Below are positions 1 through 7,812 of a DNA stretch of 64,000 nt, in pieces (within the stretch, counting starts at the first letter, position 1; each line of letters starts with the position of its first letter). Location: contig JBGSSJ010000003.1 of assembly GCA_041737125.1 (NCBI GenBank), positions 15,718-79,717 of the forward strand. The letters are read 5' to 3'. This DNA comes from Minisyncoccia bacterium (GTDB lineage: Bacteria > Patescibacteriota > Minisyncoccia > Phycocordibacterales > UBA9973). The notes beneath the pieces were generated by a model, which was given only the letters and a program-made list of their open reading frames with translations, did no database searches and was not told the origin of the DNA. The translations under genes and the position numbers were made by a program.

Positions 1-468
1 TCCAGTATCAGTAAGCACATCACTATCACTACCTAGTAATGGTGTGAGCTTTTCAGCGGTATTACCTGTATACCACTTCGCTGAGTGGAAAGTCAAAGTC
101 TGAGATGAAGATATAGTCGCATTAACTGGTGATAGTGAGACACTACCATTATCTGACATTATTCTACCTGTGAAAGAGTGACTTGTAGAATTGTTGTTGT
201 GAGAACGTCTCACAGAGACACTAGCGTTCTTCGCTGTCTCATTACCAGTATTGTGGTAATAAATTCTAACATTTATCATATCTCCTCCTTTTGCAGACAC
301 GCTAGAAAGAGGCCAACAAGGATTAATATATCCTTGATTTGTTGTGGCATTAACTATACTTATACCTTTACATTCATTTGATGCTTGATTCCAAGTCACC
401 GCTGCAAAAGCACTCTGTGCTACGAAAAGCAAAGCGAAGCTAAATATACCGACTATTATTTTTTTCAT
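1..468 (-). CDS. Partial CDS (N-terminal 156 aa; C-terminus lies beyond the window start). Secreted hypothetical protein with a signal peptide MKKIIVGIFSFALLFVAQSAFA|A
   Basis: Hand translation of the minus strand: ATG at 468-466, and the frame stays open to position 1 with no stop. Classic N-region, hydrophobic core and AxA cleavage site. Absent from the ORF track, presumably because it has no stop in the window. Confidence 0.55.
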   Translation of the reverse strand, partial: MKKIIVGIFSFALLFVAQSAFAAVTWNQASNECKGISIVNATTNQGYINPCWPLSSVSAKGGDMINVRIYYHNTGNETAKNASVSVRRSHNNNSTSHSFTGRIMSDNGSVSLSPVNATISSSQTLTFHSAKWYTGNTAEKLTPLLGSDSDVLTDTG

Positions 469-625
469 AAAATTTTTCTTCATATGATTAATCTAAATTA
501 TTATTACTATTTACAATTTTAAACCTTCAACTATTGGATAAGTTAAAGACTTAAAAAAGCAAGGAATGTTTATCGGTTAGATATAACATTCCGTACTGAT
601 GTTTAAAGGTTTAAAGAACAAATTC

Positions 626-1345
626 TTAATCCGGTGTTGTGGGTGCACCACCTGGTCCACCACTTTGATTACCACCTCCTCCTTTGAGAAGAATTGCTGC
701 AAGAGTTCCCAACACAATACCAGTACCGATACCGATAAGTAACCCTTTTCCATTTTTTTTCTTCTTTTCTGCGGGTGCTGCAGGAGGACGATTGTTTGGA
801 ATTTGTAGGTTTGACACTACAAACGGTTTTGGGGTTTCAAACTTCTGGAACGGATCCAGGCGAATGAATTCGGTTTTGGCTGGTGGGGGTGTATCAACAA
901 CTGGTGGTGGAGATGGTGGCACATAAGTTGTGCAACACATTGCAGGTGGCGTGTTTACCTTTTCAGGTATCCTGGCTACCTCTTCTAGAACAAGAAGATT
1001 TTTGCAGGCTTCTGCGTAAACGCAGCCACCTTCCTTGGTTATCCTAACCGCTCCATCAAGCTCAGTTAGATGAGCCTTCTTGGAATCGAAATTCCAAAGC
1101 AAACCTGACCCTTTAGTGCCCATTTGAGGGAATGCATCCCCCAACAAAATAACTTGATTATTATTTTGTGTCGCGTGGAAAGGGCATCCTTCCGCCAACT
1201 TTTTTGCTTCCACAGATCCAACAGATCCGTAAAAGCCTCTATTTTGCCCCACGAGAACCTTGGTTCCCTTAAGCTTATAAGAGTATTGAGCTTGTGCCGA
1301 AAAGCTCATAAATACGATAACGGCAAATGTAAGTAACTTTTTCAT
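626..1345 (-). CDS. Hypothetical secreted, membrane-anchored protein with a Pro-rich linker and a Gly-rich tail
   Basis: 239 aa ORF with N-terminal signal peptide (MKKLLTFAVIVFMSFSAQA), a PPSPPPVVDTPPP linker, a C-terminal TM helix (LLIGIGTGIVLGTLAAILL) and a GGGGNQSGGPGG tail. Confidence 0.5.
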   Translation of the reverse strand: MKKLLTFAVIVFMSFSAQAQYSYKLKGTKVLVGQNRGFYGSVGSVEAKKLAEGCPFHATQNNNQVILLGDAFPQMGTKGSGLLWNFDSKKAHLTELDGAVRITKEGGCVYAEACKNLLVLEEVARIPEKVNTPPAMCCTTYVPPSPPPVVDTPPPAKTEFIRLDPFQKFETPKPFVVSNLQIPNNRPPAAPAEKKKKNGKGLLIGIGTGIVLGTLAAILLKGGGGNQSGGPGGAPTTPD

Positions 1346-1526
1346 TTTCGGTAGTTTGATGTTTGTTTATATCTAAACCCTATGTAAATCAAGGTCAAGA
1401 TATAAACAAACACAAACTTCCCTTTATTCAGATAGTATCATACTTTGCTATAAATGTCAAGGTATATTAAATGGCCTACCCTGTTAAGGTGTAGGCCATA
1501 ATTAAGACGTTCGACAGTGGAAAAAC

Positions 1527-2075
1527 TTACTGACTCCAACCAGTAGCTACTTTCGTGGCTTGGTTAGTGGTTTCCTTCAGGTTGAATTGAAGCCAACACT
1601 TTGAGTCAGGCTTACCCCCTAAGTAAAATCTGTTATCCGAAGCAAGAATAAAGGTAAGTTCAAATGTTTTGTCCTCCATGTCGAAAGAGATTTTCATTTG
1701 TGTAACTTTACCTGCAGTGTTTTTTGCAACTGATATCAGCTTGCCTGCTGTCATCTTTTTAACACTCCGGGCAATCTTGTCACTGTTTACGGAAATAGAT
1801 CCATCGGGGTCATATACTGTTTCTTGATCTGAATTTCCTCCCGCAATCCCCATATCTATTGCTGCGGTGTTGTAAAACAATGTAGGAGCGCTCTTCATTT
1901 TTGTGAGATCAAAGTTTGCAAAGTAAGGCTCAAACCAATCTTCAAGCCCTGGTTTTGATTCAACATCTATCTGAGCTGTTGCTTGAGGTTCAGCCACAAC
2001 AACTTGAGGGGCTTTGCAAGCAAAACCAAAAATAACTGCAAGCGCTACTACAAGCGCGGTGATTTGATTTTTCAT
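1527..2075 (-). CDS. Putative lipoprotein (hypothetical)
   Basis: 182 aa. Signal peptide followed by a lipobox-like GFAC (MKNQITALVVALAVIFGFAC). No recognisable catalytic motif. Confidence 0.5.
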   Translation of the reverse strand: MKNQITALVVALAVIFGFACKAPQVVVAEPQATAQIDVESKPGLEDWFEPYFANFDLTKMKSAPTLFYNTAAIDMGIAGGNSDQETVYDPDGSISVNSDKIARSVKKMTAGKLISVAKNTAGKVTQMKISFDMEDKTFELTFILASDNRFYLGGKPDSKCWLQFNLKETTNQATKVATGWSQ

Positions 2076-2254
2076 AAGAACTGTTTTTTTATAAAGATTA
2101 TTGAATATATGAGATATTTACACCCAAAATACTAGATAGTTTAGAGGCAAATATCACATATCAATAATCTCGCATTTCATCATATATTGGCATATTTTTT
2201 GTTATTTGTCAAGCCCACATCCGGTTCACTTTGTAAATAATTACCACACCCTCT

Positions 2255-2292
2255 TGGCTGCTAATTCCCGCATATGCGGGAATTAGCAGCCA
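2255..2292. repeat. 38 bp perfect palindrome tggctgctaattcccgcatatgcgggaattagcagcca, centred on CATATG
   Basis: Read directly; its reverse complement is identical. It is more GC-rich than its surroundings. It lies in the divergent intergenic region between the lipoprotein gene and the GIY-YIG ORF. Confidence 0.8.
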
Positions 2293-2386
2293 TATAGAAA
2301 ATGTTTTTATTAATATTAGTGTCTTATATACCCACAAGTAGTGGGGTATCGTATTATTTATTAAATAAGCTATAATAATAAACATG

Positions 2387-2666
2387 ATCCCGTTAGAGAT
2401 CAGTTATGTTTTATTACACATATATATTAAGAAGCAAAAAAGACGGTAAGTGCTATACTGGTTATACACATGACCTACGGAAGCGCCTTGTGCAACACAA
2501 CAAAGGTTTATCCACTTATACGAAAGGTAGAGGCCCATTTGTTATTATTTATTACGAAGCATGTTTATCAGAGCAAAAAGCTCGGTCGAGAGAATTATAT
2601 TTAAAATCGGGAATGGGCAAGCGTTATCTAAAGAACAGATTAGGCGCTTCCTATCTCTAACGGGAT
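2387..2666. repeat. 14 bp perfect inverted repeats (atcccgttagagat at 2387-2400, atctctaacgggat at 2653-2666) that exactly bracket the GIY-YIG ORF
   Basis: Read directly. The right repeat contains the GIY-YIG stop codon and overlaps the ATG of the downstream pilB-like gene (2665). Confidence 0.8.
2406..2660 (+). CDS. GIY-YIG nuclease-domain protein (small standalone, UPF0213-like)
   Basis: 84 aa. Begins YYTYILRSKKDGKCYTGYTHDLRKRLVQHNKG, which fits the GIY-(10-11 aa)-YIG motif followed by the conserved Arg. Confidence 0.7.
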   Translation: MFYYTYILRSKKDGKCYTGYTHDLRKRLVQHNKGLSTYTKGRGPFVIIYYEACLSEQKARSRELYLKSGMGKRYLKNRLGASYL

Positions 2667-4365
2667 GACTATCCAATTTGACGAAGATAAAGAAGAGAAG
2701 AATCTATCCGACCTAAGGAAGCAAGAAGAAGAGGACCTGATACAAATGTTATCAGAATCCAAGTACGGTATACCTGCTATTAACCTCAGTTCCATGCCCA
2801 TCGACAACGATGCTCTCCGTTCTATCCCCGAGAAAGAAGCTATCAATGAGAAAATTGCTCCTTTCAAGGTGCTTGGTCATGATCTACATATCGCAGTTCA
2901 ATCTCCCCACAAAGAAAAGTTGGAAAGCCTCACTGAATACTTCAAAAGTCATGGCTTCACTCCCCACTTCTACATGGCATCTATGGCAAGCTTGCAGAAA
3001 GCTTGGGATAGATACAAAGAGATATCGTACGCTTCCGAATCGAAAGCCGGTAGTATCGCTATATCCGGTGATGCACTGAAGAAAATAATGGCAGATATCA
3101 AAAACATTGAAGATATCAAAGCCGCCATAGTAGAAACACAGAAAGACAAGAGCCACACTACTTCACACATACTTGAGATTGCACTTGCAGGTGCTATCGC
3201 TATAAATGCCTCTGACCTTCACTTCGAACCTGAGCAGGATACTGTGCGTCTGCGTTTCCGACTAGACGGAGTACTACATACGGTTATGGAAATAGATCAT
3301 ACGATTCATAAGTTTATAAACTCTAGAATAAAATTACTCTCCGGACTCAAAATTACAACTGCAGCCATAGCTCAAGACGGGCGCTTCAGCATATACCTTG
3401 ATGAAGATGAGATAAGTCTGCGTGTCTCTCTTATTCCTGGAGCTTATGGTGAGTCTATCGTGATGCGTATACTTAATCCAAAATCTATCCAAGTAAAACT
3501 AGAAGATATGGGTATAGAACCGAAGCTTTTTGAAATATTCATGCGCGAAATCAAAAAGCCGAACGGCATGATCCTACTTACAGGTCCAACTGGTTCCGGT
3601 AAGACTACAACTTTATACTCTTTCCTTCAGAAAATATATTCCACTGAAATAAAAATAATCACTATAGAAGACCCTATCGAGTACCACCTACCTGGTATTA
3701 CTCAGACACAGACCGATAGTGAGAAGGGCTATACATTCCTAGAAGGTTTGCGCTCTGCGCTCCGCCAGGACCCAGATGTAATAATGGTGGGAGAAATCCG
3801 CGATAGTGAGACAGCCAAAATAGCCGTCGAGTCTGCACTCACCGGTCACCTTGTGTTCTCTACTCTCCATACGAATAATGCAGCCGGGGTCATCCCCCGT
3901 CTTATAGACCTCGATGTAAATCCAAAGATTCTTGTCTCTGCATTATCTTTATCTATTGCACAGCGTCTTGTTCGTAAGCTATGTACTCACTGCAAGAAAG
4001 AGAGGGTGATAAGTGAAGAAGAAACAAAAATTATAAAAACAGTAAGCGAGAATGCGAAGGCTCATAATAAAGATTTCAATAGTTATGGAGTCGATATGAA
4101 TGCACCTTGGAAGATATATGAAGCTGTCGGCTGTATGGAGTGTAACAACACTGGCTACAAAGGCCGTATGGGAATATTCGAAGCCATTCATAATGATGCC
4201 CAAATAGAAAAAATAATTCCGAACAATCCAAGTGAGCGCGATATTATGGAAGTTGCTCAAAATCAAGGATCACTCAATATGAAAGAAGACGGAATAGTAA
4301 AAATACTAAAAGGTATAACTTCTTATGAAGAAGTAGGTTCTGTCGTAGACTTCTACGCAGATTAG
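2665..4365 (+). CDS. pilB: GspE/PilB-family secretion ATPase (type IV pilus assembly ATPase type)
   Basis: 566 aa. Walker A LTGPTGSGKTTT, Asp and His boxes (LRQDPDVIMVGEIRD, TGHLVFSTLHTN) and a C-terminal tetracysteine (CTHC...CMEC). PilT is excluded by length; in an organism lacking an outer membrane PilB is more likely than T2SS GspE. Confidence 0.85.
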   Translation: MTIQFDEDKEEKNLSDLRKQEEEDLIQMLSESKYGIPAINLSSMPIDNDALRSIPEKEAINEKIAPFKVLGHDLHIAVQSPHKEKLESLTEYFKSHGFTPHFYMASMASLQKAWDRYKEISYASESKAGSIAISGDALKKIMADIKNIEDIKAAIVETQKDKSHTTSHILEIALAGAIAINASDLHFEPEQDTVRLRFRLDGVLHTVMEIDHTIHKFINSRIKLLSGLKITTAAIAQDGRFSIYLDEDEISLRVSLIPGAYGESIVMRILNPKSIQVKLEDMGIEPKLFEIFMREIKKPNGMILLTGPTGSGKTTTLYSFLQKIYSTEIKIITIEDPIEYHLPGITQTQTDSEKGYTFLEGLRSALRQDPDVIMVGEIRDSETAKIAVESALTGHLVFSTLHTNNAAGVIPRLIDLDVNPKILVSALSLSIAQRLVRKLCTHCKKERVISEEETKIIKTVSENAKAHNKDFNSYGVDMNAPWKIYEAVGCMECNNTGYKGRMGIFEAIHNDAQIEKIIPNNPSERDIMEVAQNQGSLNMKEDGIVKILKGITSYEEVGSVVDFYAD

Positions 4366-4373
4366 AATATATA

Positions 4374-4478
4374 AAAAATAGTCTTGTGAAAGGGGCTCGA
4401 GAGCGCGACGGCGCAAACGATTGAACAAATTTTGAGCTTCAAAATTTGTGTGCCCTTTCACAAGACTATTTTTTTTGA
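4374..4478. terminator. Long bidirectional terminator-like hairpin: 17 bp outer stem (tagtcttgtgaaagggc / gccctttcacaagacta) flanked by an A-run and a T8-run, enclosing a ~55 nt insert with its own sub-hairpin
   Basis: Read directly. Lies downstream of pilB. The insert contains caaattttgagcttcaaaatttg, which is self-complementary. Confidence 0.55.
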
Positions 4479-4770
4479 CCTAAAAAGAAAAAAACATAAA
4501 TCTCTAAACAATCCTTTGATAACGTAAAGCTTCCAAAGTAACATAAGGTTACAGGATAGCCCCAGTAAATATTAAATATAACCAAGACGTCCTACGCGCA
4601 TACATAGAGCACGTGGCCGATTGCTTAGAGATTTATGTCCTCTTCGCGAAAATGCTATAATTGATTTGTAAAAACTCCTTCTAAATTTCTGAAGAGAGTA
4701 TAGCATAAGTCTGTTGTAATGTCAAGTAGAATACAGGTAGGTCCTTAAAGGCCCAAAAATAGAAAAATTT

Positions 4771-5760
4771 ATGGATAATAAAAAAAATAACGAAAATAAC
4801 GAAAATTTCTTAGATCAAACACTTCGTCCCAATGCCTGGAATGAGTATATTGGCCAAGAGAACATAAAGGCTAATTTGAAAATTCTCCTAACTGCAGCAG
4901 AAGAGCGAGCGCATCCGGCAGAACACATACTCTTCTACGGTCCTCCAGGGCTCGGGAAGACAACTCTTGCCCACCTAATAGCCAAAGAGACACGTAGGCA
5001 GATAAGAATCACCTCAGGTCCAGCCATAGAGAAGGTAGGAGACCTTGCTTCTATACTTACGAACCTCTCTTCCGGTGATATTGTATTCATAGATGAGATT
5101 CATAGACTAAACAAAATGGTAGAAGAAATACTCTACCCTGCGATGGAGAGTGGTGTACTTGATATTATTATCGGCAAAGGTCCATCAGCCCGGACTATAC
5201 AACTTGAGCTTCCTCCATTCACACTAATTGCAGCAACAACACGTATTGCATTACTATCCTCCCCACTTCGGTCTAGGTTCTCTGGTGGAGTATTCCGACT
5301 GGAGTTCTATAAACATGATGAGATTAAAAAAATATTAAAAAGATCAGGCGTTATACTTGGAATAACACTTGAGGATGATGCATTAGATGAGATAGCTAAA
5401 CGTGCACGATTTACACCACGTACAGCGAATTACTTCCTCAAACGTTGTCGCGACTATGCGCAAGTCCACAAGCTTCCACTATCCAAAGACGCAGTAAGGA
5501 AAGCTCTTGCCCTACTAGAAATCGACGAGCTTGGACTCTCTTCTTCAGATAGAAGGATACTCGAAGTTATAATATCGAAATTCGGTGGTGGACCAGTAGG
5601 ACTCAAAACTATTGCAGCTGCTACATCAGAAGAAGAAGCCACAATAGAAGAAGTGGTAGAACCGTACCTTATACAACTAGGATTACTCGAACGTACAGTG
5701 CGCGGAAGAATAGTTACCAAGATGGGTTATGAGCATTTGGGTTTTGATTATAATAAATAA
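4771..5760 (+). CDS. ruvB: Holliday junction branch-migration helicase RuvB
   Basis: 329 aa. LRPNAWNEYIGQE, Walker A GPPGLGKTTLA, Walker B DIVFIDEIHRL and a C-terminal winged helix; full-length collinear with RuvB. Confidence 0.93.
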   Translation: MDNKKNNENNENFLDQTLRPNAWNEYIGQENIKANLKILLTAAEERAHPAEHILFYGPPGLGKTTLAHLIAKETRRQIRITSGPAIEKVGDLASILTNLSSGDIVFIDEIHRLNKMVEEILYPAMESGVLDIIIGKGPSARTIQLELPPFTLIAATTRIALLSSPLRSRFSGGVFRLEFYKHDEIKKILKRSGVILGITLEDDALDEIAKRARFTPRTANYFLKRCRDYAQVHKLPLSKDAVRKALALLEIDELGLSSSDRRILEVIISKFGGGPVGLKTIAAATSEEEATIEEVVEPYLIQLGLLERTVRGRIVTKMGYEHLGFDYNK

Positions 5761-5769
5761 TTAAACATA

Positions 5770-6255
5770 ATGAGAATACTTGCTGTAGATCCAGGATTCG
5801 AAAGAATCGGAATAGCTATTCTAGAGAAATTACCCAAAGAGAAAGAATCTTTGGTTTATTCAGATTGCTTTAAGACTTCGGCTAAAATACCTTTTCACGA
5901 AAGATTAACTGCTATAGGTGGAGAACTTGAGAAGATTATAAAGAAGTATAAACCAGAAGCTCTCGCAATAGAAAAGCTATACTTCACTACTAATCAGAAG
6001 ACAGTTATGGGTGTATCTGAAGCACGTGGTGTAATAGTATACTCTGCATCACGTAATGGGTTATCTGTCTATGAATATACTCCCCCGCAAATTAAAGTAG
6101 CCGTTACAGGTTATGGTAAGGCAGATAAAAATCAAGTTATATCTATGGTGGGTAAACTCATAGACGTTAAGAAGGACACTAATTCAGATGATGAGCTCGA
6201 TGCTATAGCTATAGGGCTTACATGTCTTGCTAGCATAAGACCTGCATATAAGTAG
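5770..6255 (+). CDS. ruvC: Holliday junction resolvase RuvC
   Basis: 161 aa. MRILAVDPGFERIGIAILE carries the catalytic Asp/Glu N-terminus of the RNase H fold; typical ruvC length. Confidence 0.88.
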   Translation: MRILAVDPGFERIGIAILEKLPKEKESLVYSDCFKTSAKIPFHERLTAIGGELEKIIKKYKPEALAIEKLYFTTNQKTVMGVSEARGVIVYSASRNGLSVYEYTPPQIKVAVTGYGKADKNQVISMVGKLIDVKKDTNSDDELDAIAIGLTCLASIRPAYK

Positions 6256-6345
6256 GGTGGTTTTCCACAGCGTGTGGGCTATTGCAAAGAAAATAATATT
6301 TTGTTACAAATAATTCATTATAATAAGGTTATAAACTATTTACAT

Positions 6346-6519
6346 ATGAGTTACAACGACGACGAAGAATTACAAATTGGTGAATTTAAAGAAGAGGATG
6401 TCCTCGATCTTGATTTAGAGTTAGATGAACCATTAGACCCAATAGAAGAATTAGATTTAGGAGATGATGAAGAAGAGGCAGATGATGAGTTCGCAAGTAT
6501 TGATGGATCAATATATTAA
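6346..6519 (+). CDS. Small highly acidic hypothetical protein (start chosen at MSYNDDEEL)
   Basis: The tracked ORF is 6274..6519. An internal ATG at 6346 gives a 58 aa Asp/Glu-rich product, followed by a hairpin and T-run. Confidence 0.3.
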   Translation: MSYNDDEELQIGEFKEEDVLDLDLELDEPLDPIEELDLGDDEEEADDEFASIDGSIY

Positions 6520-6525
6520 ATAAAA

Positions 6526-6556
6526 ATACCCTCCGACCAAGATCGAAGGGGATTTT
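6526..6556. terminator. Imperfect hairpin (accctccgacc...atcgaagggg) followed by T7; convergent terminator between the acidic ORF and tyrS
   Basis: Read directly. Confidence 0.4.
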
Positions 6557-6557
6557 T

Positions 6558-7742
6558 TTATATAACCTCTATTTTACAAAATCTTTTCTTACCTATCCTA
6601 TACACAACAGATTCAACTTTAATATTTGGATTGGAAACTTTTTCTTCATTGTCTAAGTTTGTTATTGCATGCTCAGCAACCAAACGCCTGAAATCTGTTT
6701 TCGAAGAAATTATTTTCTCCTCTAGCAGTACGTCCATCAACAAGGAATCCTTGGGAGCTTTAATTGTTTTAATATCTTGGGGTATTTCATTCTGTTGGAA
6801 AACTTTCCCCCAATTATCTTGTGCATTTTGAGCTTTGGTCTCACCATAATATAAACTTACGACAAAGAAAGCCAATTTCATTTTTAAATCTCTTGGATTT
6901 ACAGTATTTGATGCCATATCACGCGCAATTCCTTCTATCTCATTCATAGATAAATCTGTACAGAGCTCAAATGCAGGTATAATTAACGAATCATTCCAAC
7001 TCATTATCTTACCAAACATTTCTTCTGGCGTATCAGAAAGTGCCACCATATTACCTTCTGTCTTGCCCATCTTTTTACCATCATTATCTTCTAAAAGCTT
7101 GAGTGTAATAACGAATTTTTCTTTATTCTTATATACTTTCATTAGGTTACGACCTTGAAGCATATTAAATGTCTGGTCATTACCACCAATCTCACCATCT
7201 ACATCCATAGCCACAGAATCATATCCTTGCATTAGGGGATACATAAATTCGTGTATTGATATTGGCTTACCTTCCTCCATCCTTTTTTTAAACATGTCGC
7301 GCTCAAGCATTTGCTGAACAGTCATGTGTGAAGCGAGGTTTATTACATCCTCAAAATTCATTTTGCCTAACCACTTGGAATTAAATTTTATCAAAGCTGC
7401 ATTTTTACCAGAGAAAGAAAGCAGTGAACTTGCTTGTTTTTTGTAATTCTTCAGATTAGCCATCACCTGCTTGTGAGTCAGAGGCACCCTTGCTGTAGTC
7501 TTATCTGGGTCACCAATCATAGCAGTAAAGTCACCCATTAAAAGTATCACCTTGTGACCGGCTTTCTGAAACTCGGACAACTTTTTTATAGCAATAGCAT
7601 GACCCAAATGTAATGTTGGGCCGGTGGGATCTATACCAAGATATATTGTAAGCTTCTCTTTTTTAGCAATTTTTGAAGCCAAAAAATCTTTGGATGGGTA
7701 TATATTAGCTATGCTTCTATTTAATAATTCATCTTTTATCAT
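6558..7742 (-). CDS. tyrS: Tyrosyl-tRNA synthetase
   Basis: 394 aa. IDPTGPTLHLGH (HIGH), KMGKTEGN (KMSKS), GDFTAMIGDP, and a C-terminal S4-like domain (SKTDFRRLVAEHAITNLDNEEKV). Confidence 0.85.
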   Translation of the reverse strand: MIKDELLNRSIANIYPSKDFLASKIAKKEKLTIYLGIDPTGPTLHLGHAIAIKKLSEFQKAGHKVILLMGDFTAMIGDPDKTTARVPLTHKQVMANLKNYKKQASSLLSFSGKNAALIKFNSKWLGKMNFEDVINLASHMTVQQMLERDMFKKRMEEGKPISIHEFMYPLMQGYDSVAMDVDGEIGGNDQTFNMLQGRNLMKVYKNKEKFVITLKLLEDNDGKKMGKTEGNMVALSDTPEEMFGKIMSWNDSLIIPAFELCTDLSMNEIEGIARDMASNTVNPRDLKMKLAFFVVSLYYGETKAQNAQDNWGKVFQQNEIPQDIKTIKAPKDSLLMDVLLEEKIISSKTDFRRLVAEHAITNLDNEEKVSNPNIKVESVVYRIGKKRFCKIEVI

Positions 7743-7812
7743 AATGAATGTATTTTAACACAAAAGGAAGGCTTTGTCCGTAAATTAAATAATTGTGATA
7801 TGATTATCAAAT

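Noticed and set aside
178-381. 67 aa plus-strand ORF at the window start
   Set aside because: It lies antisense to a much better partial minus-strand ORF (1..468) that has a textbook signal peptide and no stops; the 67 aa product is low-complexity
684-1336. Plus-strand ORFs 684..926 and 1124..1336
   Set aside because: Both are embedded antisense within the 626..1345 minus-strand secreted-protein gene; the P/G-rich translation is a mirror of the sense-strand proline linker
2640-4266. Several short ORFs on both strands inside 2665..4365 (2640..2867, 2810..3079, 2884..3156, 2970..3170, 3979..4266)
   Set aside because: They overlap the well-supported GspE/PilB ATPase gene in other frames and have no motifs of their own
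6274-6345. Upstream part of the tracked ORF 6274..6519 (MGYCKENNILLQ...)
   Set aside because: The acidic domain begins at the internal Met (6346). The upstream 24 codons are AT-rich promoter-like sequence immediately after the ruvC stop
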